From the NCBI GenBank assembly GCA_902558395.1, contig CACEDS010000002.1:98043-162042 (forward strand): a stretch of DNA of 64,000 nt. The letters run 5' to 3'. Source of the stretch: an uncultured SAR86 cluster bacterium. Its GTDB lineage: Bacteria; Pseudomonadota; Gammaproteobacteria; Magnimaribacterales; D2472. Positions within the stretch are counted from its first letter, which is position 1. Each line of letters starts with the position of its first letter. The notes beneath the pieces were generated by a model, which ran no database searches, was not told where the DNA came from, and was given only the letters and a program-made list of their open reading frames with translations. Positions 33,345 through 42,042 of the stretch are shown one piece after another. Made by a program: the position numbers and the translations under genes.

Positions 33345-33366
33345 AAGAGCCCTACAAAGGGCTCTT
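33345..33366 (-). terminator. hairpin terminator downstream of the GcvT-family gene
   Basis: The 8-bp stem AAGAGCCC / GGGCTCTT encloses a 6-nt loop. It is followed by TTTTATTA on the minus strand. Confidence 0.6.
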
Positions 33367-33385
33367 GATATTTAATAGCTATAAA

Positions 33386-34690
33386 CTATTCGGCAAAGTC
33401 TAGTCCTTTAGCGGCTTCAACTTCTCGTTTGTTAGGGTTTACAGACTCTCTAAATGGGACATCTACAATTTCAGCATCAACTGAGACTCCTGGAGTTTCT
33501 GAGTATTCATCAGGAAGTTTAACTTTGTATTTAGTTCCAACTTCCGAAGCCTCCCATGGCACCCATGCAAGGGCAATATTAGTCTCTAATTCAGGTGACC
33601 ACCAAGGAGATGTTACATAACCCACCTCTTTATCATCTGTATCTGTAACTAACCAAAAATCAGGAGCATAGTTTGTAATCTCTTTACCACCAAGAGTAAT
33701 ACCAACCATCTTCATTTTAAATGGAGCATTTCCTTCATCAATTATTGCTCTTTGTCTTTCAAGCTCTTCTTTACCAATATAATCTGACTTTTTATTACGA
33801 GGCACTTGATAGCTCAGGTTAACTTGAAATGGTGAGGTTTCATGATCGAGGTCTTGTCCCCAAGATAAGATTCCTGCAGCAATTCTTCTATGATGAGCAG
33901 GAGCAATAACCATTAAACCAAACTCTTCACCTGCTTCAAGAACTGCATTCCACATTTTTTCAGCATTTGCGTGCGCATCACGAACATAGATTTCGTAGCC
34001 TTTTTCACCGGTGAAACCAGTTTGACTTATGACACAGTCAGCTCCGCCAACTTTACATTCCATAAGTCCATAGTAAGGAATTTCTCTAAGCTCTTCACCA
34101 GCAAGTTTTGCCATTAAGTCTTCAGATAATGGACCTTGAATTTGTACAGGACATACATCTATTTCATCAATCTCAACGTCATATTTTTTAGTAACGTTTA
34201 CACCTTGTAACCAAAGCAAAAGATCGCTGTCTGATATTGAGAACCAAAATTCATCTTCTGAAAGTCTTAATAAAACCGGATCATTAAGAACCCCGCCTTT
34301 TTCATTACATAAGATGGCATATTTACCATGCATTGGTTCAATTTTTGTAGCATCACGCGTTATTACATAATCAGTGAATGCCTCAGCATCAGGACCTTTA
34401 ACTCTTATTTGTCTTTCAACAGCAACATTCCACATAGTTACTCTGTTAACAAGAGCTTCATACTCAACCATCGCTCCGCCGTCTTCAGGTCTTACATAAC
34501 CCCTAGGATGATAAATACGATTATAAACTGTTGCTCTCCAGCAACCAGCTTCATGAGATAAATGCCAAAAAGGCGATTTTCTTACACGTGTTGAAATTAA
34601 TAGCTCTGTCTTAGTTGGTCCGCTTTGTCTAAGATTTATTGGAACTATTCTATCGCTCTGATCCACACTTGGATGATTAGGATTTGTCAT
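33386..34690 (-). CDS. GcvT-family aminomethyltransferase, DmdA-like (possible DMSP or other methyl-group demethylase)
   Basis: The 434 aa protein contains MWNVAVERQIRVKGPDAEAF, GGVLNDPVLLRLSEDEFWFSISDSDLLLWLQG, IQGPLSEDLMAKL and TGFTGEKGYEIYV. These are the folate-binding GcvT-fold motifs. By recollection, the pattern is closest to the DmdA branch. Confidence 0.7.
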   Translation of the reverse strand: MTNPNHPSVDQSDRIVPINLRQSGPTKTELLISTRVRKSPFWHLSHEAGCWRATVYNRIYHPRGYVRPEDGGAMVEYEALVNRVTMWNVAVERQIRVKGPDAEAFTDYVITRDATKIEPMHGKYAILCNEKGGVLNDPVLLRLSEDEFWFSISDSDLLLWLQGVNVTKKYDVEIDEIDVCPVQIQGPLSEDLMAKLAGEELREIPYYGLMECKVGGADCVISQTGFTGEKGYEIYVRDAHANAEKMWNAVLEAGEEFGLMVIAPAHHRRIAAGILSWGQDLDHETSPFQVNLSYQVPRNKKSDYIGKEELERQRAIIDEGNAPFKMKMVGITLGGKEITNYAPDFWLVTDTDDKEVGYVTSPWWSPELETNIALAWVPWEASEVGTKYKVKLPDEYSETPGVSVDAEIVDVPFRESVNPNKREVEAAKGLDFAE

Positions 34691-34896
34691 AATTACCCCC
34701 CTTGTAAATTATTAACATTTACCAAATTAAACGACATTTTATTTGGTTTGTAAATCAAAATTTTTAAGGTATTTTTTTAAAAAAAAATTGTGGATATATG
34801 CAATATTTTTATAAAAAAATTTGCGCTTTTAACACTAATAATTTTGGATAAATTTCTTTGATATGTATAATAATTAGACTTATATTTTAGTGTGCT

Positions 34897-35370
34897 ATGA
34901 ATAAAAAAATTTTAATTACTTTATCCTTAATTTTATCAACTTCAGTATTTTCTTTAAGTAGTCCAAACGAAAGTACAGCCAGTGAGACTGATCTTTTGGT
35001 CTATAAAAGTTCAACATGTAGATGTTGTAATGCATGGATTGTGCATATGAAAAATAATGGTTTTAATAATGTCACAACTAAAGATGTAACAAATCTTGGG
35101 GATATAAAAAAACAATATAAAATTGAAGATGAGTATAGATCTTGTCACACTGCAGTATCATCTGATGGATATATTTTTGAAGGTCATATACCAAGTGAAT
35201 ATATAACTCAATTTCTAACCGAAAAACCTGCCAATGCTTTAGGCCTATCAGTTCCTGGAATGCCACACGGGTCTCCTGGCATGGAAGTTGGTAATCATTT
35301 TATGCCTTATGACGTTCTAGTTCTTTACAAAGATGGAACTAGCAAAGTATACGCACAGGTAAATAGGTAA
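34897..35370 (+). CDS. DUF411 (CopG-like) periplasmic metal-binding protein
   Basis: After a signal peptide the protein contains CRCCNAW, SCHT and GMPHGSPGME motifs. This set is typical of DUF411 proteins. Confidence 0.75.
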   Translation: MNKKILITLSLILSTSVFSLSSPNESTASETDLLVYKSSTCRCCNAWIVHMKNNGFNNVTTKDVTNLGDIKKQYKIEDEYRSCHTAVSSDGYIFEGHIPSEYITQFLTEKPANALGLSVPGMPHGSPGMEVGNHFMPYDVLVLYKDGTSKVYAQVNR

Positions 35371-35381
35371 AATATAGTTTT

Positions 35382-36731
35382 TTAAGAATTAATTCTTCTA
35401 TAAATCTCTTCTTTTAATAGCCACATTCTATCCTGACCCCAAACATAGAATGGATTCTCATCATTTGCATCTGTTATTTTGAAGCTTGGGACGCCCCAGC
35501 AATTGCCTGAGTACATGTCTTTTAAATTATCATCTAAAACTTTTTTCCAATCATTGGTTCCTAGTTTTTTAGAAATAATATTCCAATCAAGACCTAACTT
35601 TTCAACTGTAGACTTTAAATAGTCATCCTCTCCAATATTAATCCCGTTATAAAATGAGGCTTGAAGCAGTTCATTGATGTACTCAAAACCTTTACCAGCC
35701 TCATCAATAATTGGAAATATGGAATAAGCTTTCCTAGCTGGCTTACCTATTGGAGAATATACATTACCAATTGGATTGTTTTTCTTTACCCCCTCTCTTG
35801 CCGCATCAGAAAGGATATATCTTACTTTATGACTTGGAATAGTCATTTTTCGCATAAGCATCGGTAGAACTGGTTTTGTTATGAGATTAATTGGATAGTT
35901 ATCACTAAGCTCTTTTACGCCTTTCGCGCTAACAAAAGTGTAAGGGCTATTCAAAGATGGATAGTAATAAAAATTTACCTTTTCCTCACATTCAAATTTT
36001 CCTGGTGCTTTTAGATTTAGGATGCAGACAGGATCATTTGTTGAACCTTTTCTTAAACCTAGCTCGTTTAATCTAGCCTCTAGATAATGAATGCGATCAA
36101 CCCCCCAATAAAGTTCTTTGCCGTAATAAAAAGCTGATCCAAAGTAGTAACCTTTTTCATTTCTTATTGTGTTTCCTTGATTTAATTTTTTTATGACCAA
36201 GTCATGATCTGCTGTAAATTTAATTGAAAGCTCTTCAAGAGCTTTTTTTTCATTATTCCATAACGCTTTGCTAACCAACCTAGCAGTGGATATAAATTCT
36301 GATTCATCAACTGCTGCTAGTATTGAATTTGCTATATGGACTAAACTTTTCTCTGGATAATTCTTAGACGAGAAGCTTACTCCATAATAATCTGCAATAC
36401 GATTCACATCCGTTAAGCAATATTCACTATATAAAGTTGGCTCATGGACTGTTTCAGGATTTTCTTCACCAACAAGTACAGGTTTTATAACAATATTAAA
36501 AACTGAAGCAATTTTATCTACATATTCAATTGTTAAAGCAGAGTATGGATCATCAACTTTATGGAAATAGATAACTATGTGAGACTTACTCTCTTCTTTT
36601 CTTTCGGTCTCGGCCTCTTCCCTAATGCCTTTGACATATTCATCACTAGTATATTTATTTATAACTTTATTTCTCACTGGTGCAAAAATTGTACGTCGAG
36701 ACATAAAATTCATGAATGCTTTCAAAATCAT
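35382..36731 (-). CDS. protein with two tandem DsbA-like / 2-hydroxychromene-2-carboxylate isomerase-like thioredoxin-fold domains
   Basis: The first domain starts IVIYFHKVDDPYSALT and the second starts VNFYYYPSLNSPYTFVS. Both show the (S/D)PY(S/T) motif in place of CxxC, as in the HCCA isomerase/GST-kappa family. The C-terminal motif is CWGVPSF. Confidence 0.6.
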   Translation of the reverse strand: MILKAFMNFMSRRTIFAPVRNKVINKYTSDEYVKGIREEAETERKEESKSHIVIYFHKVDDPYSALTIEYVDKIASVFNIVIKPVLVGEENPETVHEPTLYSEYCLTDVNRIADYYGVSFSSKNYPEKSLVHIANSILAAVDESEFISTARLVSKALWNNEKKALEELSIKFTADHDLVIKKLNQGNTIRNEKGYYFGSAFYYGKELYWGVDRIHYLEARLNELGLRKGSTNDPVCILNLKAPGKFECEEKVNFYYYPSLNSPYTFVSAKGVKELSDNYPINLITKPVLPMLMRKMTIPSHKVRYILSDAAREGVKKNNPIGNVYSPIGKPARKAYSIFPIIDEAGKGFEYINELLQASFYNGINIGEDDYLKSTVEKLGLDWNIISKKLGTNDWKKVLDDNLKDMYSGNCWGVPSFKITDANDENPFYVWGQDRMWLLKEEIYRRINS

Positions 36732-36838
36732 ATCAATTACTGCTTAAAATTATTTATTAAAGAGAATGCCACAACTAAAAGCTTTAACAAAATATTTGTT
36801 CTATAGATTTATTAGCATCCAATGTGCAAATTAAAATA

Positions 36839-38143
36839 CTAGTTATTATCTAAGTAGTCTTTTATAGCAAGCTTGTCTGCTTTCATATCAGCTCTAAAAG
36901 CATTAAAAAGCTTTTGCTTATGGTTAGGCATAAGGCCTTTAGCCATATTTTTAATTTGCTGATAAAACCAAGCCATAGCACCAAATGCATTAATGACTTT
37001 AATTATGGTAAATGGGCTCGATGGAGATAAGATCGATGGTCCTAAAGATAGAGTCTTTTCAAAACTTGGAAGAACATCTAGCTCTCCCGCTATCATTTTT
37101 TTAACACAATAAGGATCTGCACATAAAGGTCTTCCAATCCCAACTATTTGGCAAACATGACTTTGCAGAGCATCCTCGATACCTTCTCTAGTTCTAAAAC
37201 CGCCTGTAACCATAAGGGGTAAAGAAACTGCTTTTCTAATATCTTGTGCATATTCAAGAAAATAAGCCTCTCTTGCGATTGTGCTCTCTTTTCTTTGCTC
37301 GCTTCTTTTTGGATTAATGGTTAAATCATCGACACCTATTAGTTTTGGTTGCTCATAGGTACCACCTGAAATTTCTATAATATCTACACCCGCATTTTCG
37401 AACATTTGAGCTACTTGGATACTTTCATCAGCAGTGAATCCACCTTTTTGAAAATCTGCAGAATTTAATTTAACTGAAATAGGGAAATCCTCTCCAACTT
37501 CCTTTCTGCATTTATCAATTATTTCCAAATGAATCCTGGCTCTATTTTCAATACTCCCGCCCCAAGCATCAGATCTGTTGTTAATATCAGGTGATAAAAA
37601 CTCTGATAAAAGATAGCCATGAGCTGAATGAAATTGAACGCCAGTAAAGCCTGTTTCTCTGGCAATTTTTGCAGTAAAAACAAATCTATTTATTAGATCA
37701 AGAATATCTTCTTCCGTCATGGGGGTTGGAGTGCCATAATTCTTGCCAGGTATCTTTAATCCAATATTTGATGGAGCTAAAGGTGAAGAATTAATTTCAC
37801 CAGGTGTTTGCCTTCCTGCATGCGAAATTTGCATCCATAACTGTGTATCATTTTTTGTTCCTGCTGCCGACCATGCTTTAAGAGCATCATATTGATCTTT
37901 ATAGTTACTTTGATCAATGACAACATTTGCAGGACCTTCAATGTTTCGTCGATCAACCTGAACATTACCAGTTAACAAAATACCCATATCGCCATCGGCC
38001 CATCTATCGTATAGATTTGCATGTCCTTGATGAGCCAGATTATTACCTTGAGCAATTCTTTCAGTCATAGCTGCTTTACAAACACGATTTTTAACAACCT
38101 GACCACAAGGCAAAGTAAAAGATTCTTTGATTAAGTTTGACAT
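36839..38143 (-). CDS. Old Yellow Enzyme-family NADH:flavin oxidoreductase
   Basis: TIM-barrel OYE motifs are present: KNRVCKAAMTE, QISHAGRQ, GVQFHSAHGYLLSEFLSP and GGFRT. A ~70 aa C-terminal extension follows. Confidence 0.8.
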   Translation of the reverse strand: MSNLIKESFTLPCGQVVKNRVCKAAMTERIAQGNNLAHQGHANLYDRWADGDMGILLTGNVQVDRRNIEGPANVVIDQSNYKDQYDALKAWSAAGTKNDTQLWMQISHAGRQTPGEINSSPLAPSNIGLKIPGKNYGTPTPMTEEDILDLINRFVFTAKIARETGFTGVQFHSAHGYLLSEFLSPDINNRSDAWGGSIENRARIHLEIIDKCRKEVGEDFPISVKLNSADFQKGGFTADESIQVAQMFENAGVDIIEISGGTYEQPKLIGVDDLTINPKRSEQRKESTIAREAYFLEYAQDIRKAVSLPLMVTGGFRTREGIEDALQSHVCQIVGIGRPLCADPYCVKKMIAGELDVLPSFEKTLSLGPSILSPSSPFTIIKVINAFGAMAWFYQQIKNMAKGLMPNHKQKLFNAFRADMKADKLAIKDYLDNN

Positions 38144-38191
38144 TGATTATCCCCCAAAAGATATTAAGTATATCTTAAAAGAAATATTAGA

Positions 38192-38268
38192 TGGTGGGCC
38201 CGGGAGGACTCGAACCTCCGACCAATGGATTATGAGTCCACTGCTCTAACCAACTGAGCTACAGGCCC
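38192..38268 (-). tRNA. tRNA with anticodon CAU, probably tRNA-Ile2 (lysidine type); elongator tRNA-Met is not excluded
   Basis: The reverse complement is GGGCCTGTAGCTCAGTTGGTTAGAGCAGTGGACTCATAATCCATTGGTCGGAGGTTCGAGTCCTCCCGGGCCCACCA. The anticodon loop is CTCATAA. The acceptor positions C4 and C5 and the TTGGTCG variable region resemble E. coli ileX more than metT. Confidence 0.9.
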
Positions 38269-38565
38269 AATGTTCATCTGAACAAAAGAGCGGTAATTAT
38301 ATAAGAATTAATTATTTTAGGAAGTCTTTAAACTTTTCATATAAAACTGATAGGCTATTATCTAATTATGATTAATCTTGAAGGGATAACTCCGTTTGCA
38401 GAAAGTGAGAAGATATATGCAAAAAAATAAAGAAAAATTTGACTTGTCTCAATCGGAGAGATTGGCTATCTCAAAATTTTGTGAGGAAGATATAGCCCTA
38501 TATAACGATATTAAGCGAACTATTTAAAAAAAATTAGTATAGAGATGTTTTTTAAGAGAATGACT

Positions 38566-39390
38566 TTATTTTATTAGTTCTAAAATATAGTTCATCCTAG
38601 TCTTCTTTTTCACTGTGTAGCCTTTTTGTTTTAACTTGCTAATCAAATTAGTTTTCCAAGAATCATCATTTTTTTCAATAATTATTATTAATGGGAGTAA
38701 TTGTTTCTCCGCGCAATCAAGAAATGGAATAATAATGCTTTCTTCATTGCCCTCCACATCAATTTTCATTGCAGCAATATTTTTTATTTTTTCATCATGA
38801 ATAAAGTCTATTAAGCTTTTCGCAACTACTGTATGTTGGCCTGATTCAGAAATTTTCCCTTGGCCTAAATTATCATCGTGAGTTTCGAGTTTAAAGCTTC
38901 CTGATTTATTCATCAAAGCTATTTCTCTTGGATAAATGGGGATGTCAACATTTTGAGAAGCATTATATTCGAGTCTTTGAAATAGATAAGGATGGGGTTC
39001 AATTGAGTAAATTCTAGTATTTCTAAAGTTTTTATATACTGCTCCCACAGAGAATGAATAAAGACCAATATTAGAACCAATATCAATAAAAATTGAATTG
39101 TCGTCGCATCTGCTTGCAATGAAATTTCTTTCATATTCTTCAAATATCTGAGGAGAGAAAAGAGCCCTTTTCTCACTTACATTTCCTTTTGTATATAACC
39201 TCAACTTTGTATTAAATAGTTCAGTGTCAATACAGTCGCCAGAAGAAAGTATTACAATTTTTCTTAAAAAGAAAATTATCCTTTTTGAAAACCAATTTTT
39301 TCCTACATTTCTTGTTATAAAAATTATTATTTTTGCAACAAAATGCGCATCATAGTGTCCAAAATTTGATGAGTTATCGACTGGTATCAT
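38566..39390 (-). CDS. FkbM-family SAM-dependent methyltransferase
   Basis: The motifs FIDIGSNIGLYSF (SAM motif I), ALMNKSGSFKL and MKIDVEGNEE are diagnostic of the FkbM family. Confidence 0.8.
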   Translation of the reverse strand: MIPVDNSSNFGHYDAHFVAKIIIFITRNVGKNWFSKRIIFFLRKIVILSSGDCIDTELFNTKLRLYTKGNVSEKRALFSPQIFEEYERNFIASRCDDNSIFIDIGSNIGLYSFSVGAVYKNFRNTRIYSIEPHPYLFQRLEYNASQNVDIPIYPREIALMNKSGSFKLETHDDNLGQGKISESGQHTVVAKSLIDFIHDEKIKNIAAMKIDVEGNEESIIIPFLDCAEKQLLPLIIIIEKNDDSWKTNLISKLKQKGYTVKKKTRMNYILELIK

Positions 39391-39527
39391 TTTATAAGTA
39401 TCTTAACTTGTGCCAAAAAAAATATCTAATAACTCTAAAATTTTAATTGTATACTCATTGAAAAAATTTATGATTATATAAAATCTGAACATCGACTATT
39501 TACTATAGTTAAATGTATTATTTGTAA

Positions 39528-40166
39528 GTGATTAATTTAAATAAAATAAAACCTTTCGCTGAGGGAGGTAACAGGAGATGTTTTATACATCCTGAAAAAG
39601 AAAATAGGTGCTTAAAAATTACTTTTATGGGCCGGTCCAAAATATTAAAGCAAAATGCTCCATGGTATAAACAATTAAGATCTGAAGAAAGTTTCGATGA
39701 TAACTTGCGTGAAAAAGATGGTTATAATCAAAGGGCTCTAAAGATAAATGACCCATATAAATGGAAACATTTAGCTATATGGTATGGCATGGTTGAAACA
39801 TCTCTAGGTCAAGCTTCAGAAACAGAATTAATAAGAGATACAAAAAATAATATAGCTATTACTCTAGAAAAATATCTCCTTACTTATGGAATGACGGCAG
39901 AAATAAAACAGGCCATCTTAGATCTTGAATCTTGGCTTAGATATACGCTTATTTTAACCAAAGATATTCTTCCTCATAATATAGTTGTTAGCGATAAAGA
40001 TGATCGACTTGTATTGAAAATAGTTGATGGTTTGGGCTTAAAGTCATTTTTACCTTTTGCAAGAATTCACGATTTGTTTGCAAAAAGGTACATTGAAAGA
40101 AGAATTAAACGAATGCATGCAAGAATAAGTTGGGATCTTTCAGGAAGAAAAGGGAATTGGAAATGA
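39528..40166 (+). CDS. YrbL-family (PhoP-network) kinase-fold protein
   Basis: The gene has a GTG start. The motifs are PFAEGGNRRCFIHPEKENRCLKI (compare E. coli YrbL PLGTGRHRKCYAHPEDAQRCIKI), YGMVETSLG and DILPHNIVV. Confidence 0.65.
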   Translation: MINLNKIKPFAEGGNRRCFIHPEKENRCLKITFMGRSKILKQNAPWYKQLRSEESFDDNLREKDGYNQRALKINDPYKWKHLAIWYGMVETSLGQASETELIRDTKNNIAITLEKYLLTYGMTAEIKQAILDLESWLRYTLILTKDILPHNIVVSDKDDRLVLKIVDGLGLKSFLPFARIHDLFAKRYIERRIKRMHARISWDLSGRKGNWK

Positions 40167-40169
40167 GAC

Positions 40170-41984
40170 CTATTCGTCTAAGAAACTTTTAAGATGACTT
40201 GATCTGCTTGGATGACGAAGTTTTCTCAGTGCTTTAGCTTCAATTTGTCTAATTCTTTCTCTTGTTACATCAAACTGTTTGCCGACTTCTTCAAGAGTAT
40301 GATCGGTATTCATACCAATACCAAATCTCATTCTAAGTACTTTTGCTTCTCTTGCTGTTAATGATGCTAAAACATCATCAGTTGCGAAGTGAAGACTATC
40401 TTCAGTAGCATTTTCTAATGGAGACTCAATAACAGTATCTTCAATAAAATCACCTAGGCTTGAATCTTCATCATCCCCAATCGGTGTTTCGGTTGAAATA
40501 GGTTCCTTAGCAATTTTTAAAACTTTTCTTACCTTATCCTCTGGCATGTCTAGCTCTTTGCTTAACTCTTCAGGGGTTGGCTCTCTGCCCATATCCTGCA
40601 TCATCTGACGGGATACTCTATTGAGTTTGTTAATAGTCTCAATCATATGGACTGGAATTCTTATTGTTCTGGCTTGGTCAGCAATAGATCTTGTTATAGC
40701 CTGTCTAATCCACCATGTTGCATAGGTAGAAAACTTATACCCTCTTCTGTATTCAAATTTGTCGACAGCCTTCATAAGACCAATATTCCCTTCTTGTATT
40801 AAATCAAGGAACTGAAGTCCTCTGTTGGTATATTTTTTAGCAATAGATATTACAAGCCTAAGGTTCGCTTCAACCATATCTTTTTTAGCTCTTCTCATCT
40901 TGGTTTCACCCATAGACATGTTTCGATTAATTTCTTTAATTTCTTTTACACTTAGACCAACTCTTTGCTCAAGATAAATGATGTCTTTTTGAGCAATTAC
41001 AACATCTTGTTTTACTTTTTCAAGAAGATCTTTTTTATATTTTTTCTCTTTCATAAGAGAATCAACCCATCTTACTTTTGTAAGATTTTCTGCATAGCTT
41101 GCTAAAAAGTCTTTTCTTGGCATGCGTGCATTTCTTACAAGCTGCTCTTGTATAGATTTTTCTTTTTCTCTAATTCTGCTCAATCCTGATCTTGCTATTG
41201 CGGCAATATCATCAAACATTCTTGGGCTAAACTTGAGGAACTGAAATATCTCACCTAACTTTTTATATTCAGCATTAGCTTCTTTTGAGTGTCTACCTTT
41301 CGATTCAATAACTTTTAAAGTTTTATTATATTGGCGTTTCAGGTTTGTCATTCTTCTTTGGACTTCCTGCATGTCTGGACCTGAAGATACTTCTTCGTCT
41401 GACTCTTCAGCTGCCTCAGCTTCTTCTTTTGCTCTTTGACTGCCAGGGCCTGCTGATGGGACTTCTTCCATCTCCTCCAAGAATCCGGTTAGAAAATCAT
41501 TAATTTTTTTCTCACCATCTTTGACCATTTGATGATACTCAATGACATACTCAACTGTTTTAGGATAATAAACACTTGCGGCAAGCAAGTCCCTCATACC
41601 CTCTTCAATTCTTTTTGCAATCTCAATTTCGCCTTCACGTGTTAATAGATCAACGGTACCCATTTCTCTCATGTACATACGAACTGGATCAGTAGTTCTG
41701 CCTGTTTCATTTTCAACAGCTGCAAGAGCTTCAGCAGCTTGTTCTAAGGCTATATCATCAGAATCTTCCGACTCTGCTAGTAATAAATCATCTGCATCCG
41801 GAGCAGTTTCATGAACTTGAAGGCCCAAATCATTGATCATTCCAATAATTTCATCTACCTGGTCAGGATCAGATATGTCTTCAGGCAAATGATCATTAAC
41901 ATCTGCATAAGTTAAGTAGCCTTGCTCTCTTCCCTTTTCAATAAGTTCGGCTATCTTTGAACCTTTTTTACTTAATTTATCCAC
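40170..41984 (-). CDS. rpoD: RNA polymerase sigma factor RpoD (sigma-70)
   Basis: The 604 aa protein has region 1.1 and an acidic insert. It also has region 2 ([48 protein letters not shown]) and region 4 ([28 protein letters not shown]). Confidence 0.97.
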   Translation of the reverse strand: MDKLSKKGSKIAELIEKGREQGYLTYADVNDHLPEDISDPDQVDEIIGMINDLGLQVHETAPDADDLLLAESEDSDDIALEQAAEALAAVENETGRTTDPVRMYMREMGTVDLLTREGEIEIAKRIEEGMRDLLAASVYYPKTVEYVIEYHQMVKDGEKKINDFLTGFLEEMEEVPSAGPGSQRAKEEAEAAEESDEEVSSGPDMQEVQRRMTNLKRQYNKTLKVIESKGRHSKEANAEYKKLGEIFQFLKFSPRMFDDIAAIARSGLSRIREKEKSIQEQLVRNARMPRKDFLASYAENLTKVRWVDSLMKEKKYKKDLLEKVKQDVVIAQKDIIYLEQRVGLSVKEIKEINRNMSMGETKMRRAKKDMVEANLRLVISIAKKYTNRGLQFLDLIQEGNIGLMKAVDKFEYRRGYKFSTYATWWIRQAITRSIADQARTIRIPVHMIETINKLNRVSRQMMQDMGREPTPEELSKELDMPEDKVRKVLKIAKEPISTETPIGDDEDSSLGDFIEDTVIESPLENATEDSLHFATDDVLASLTAREAKVLRMRFGIGMNTDHTLEEVGKQFDVTRERIRQIEAKALRKLRHPSRSSHLKSFLDE

Positions 41985-42042
41985 GAATTCTTGTACTCCA
42001 AATGTATTAGCTCTATTTGGTGATTAATTTAATTATTTCAAT

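Noticed and set aside
34691-34896. Possible glycine/THF/SAM riboswitch in the 206-nt leader of the GcvT-family gene
   Set aside because: The leader is almost pure A/T and has no GC-rich conserved helices or riboswitch core motifs that I can recognise. There is only a weak ACCAAAT...ATTTGGT inverted repeat.
38417-38527. 36-codon ORF MQKNKEKFDLSQSERLAISKFCEEDIALYNDIKRTI as an intact gene
   Set aside because: It is too short and overlaps another fragment at an A7 run. It resembles only the generic C-terminal tail of sugar-modifying enzymes. It is treated as gene debris within the tRNA-flanked islet.
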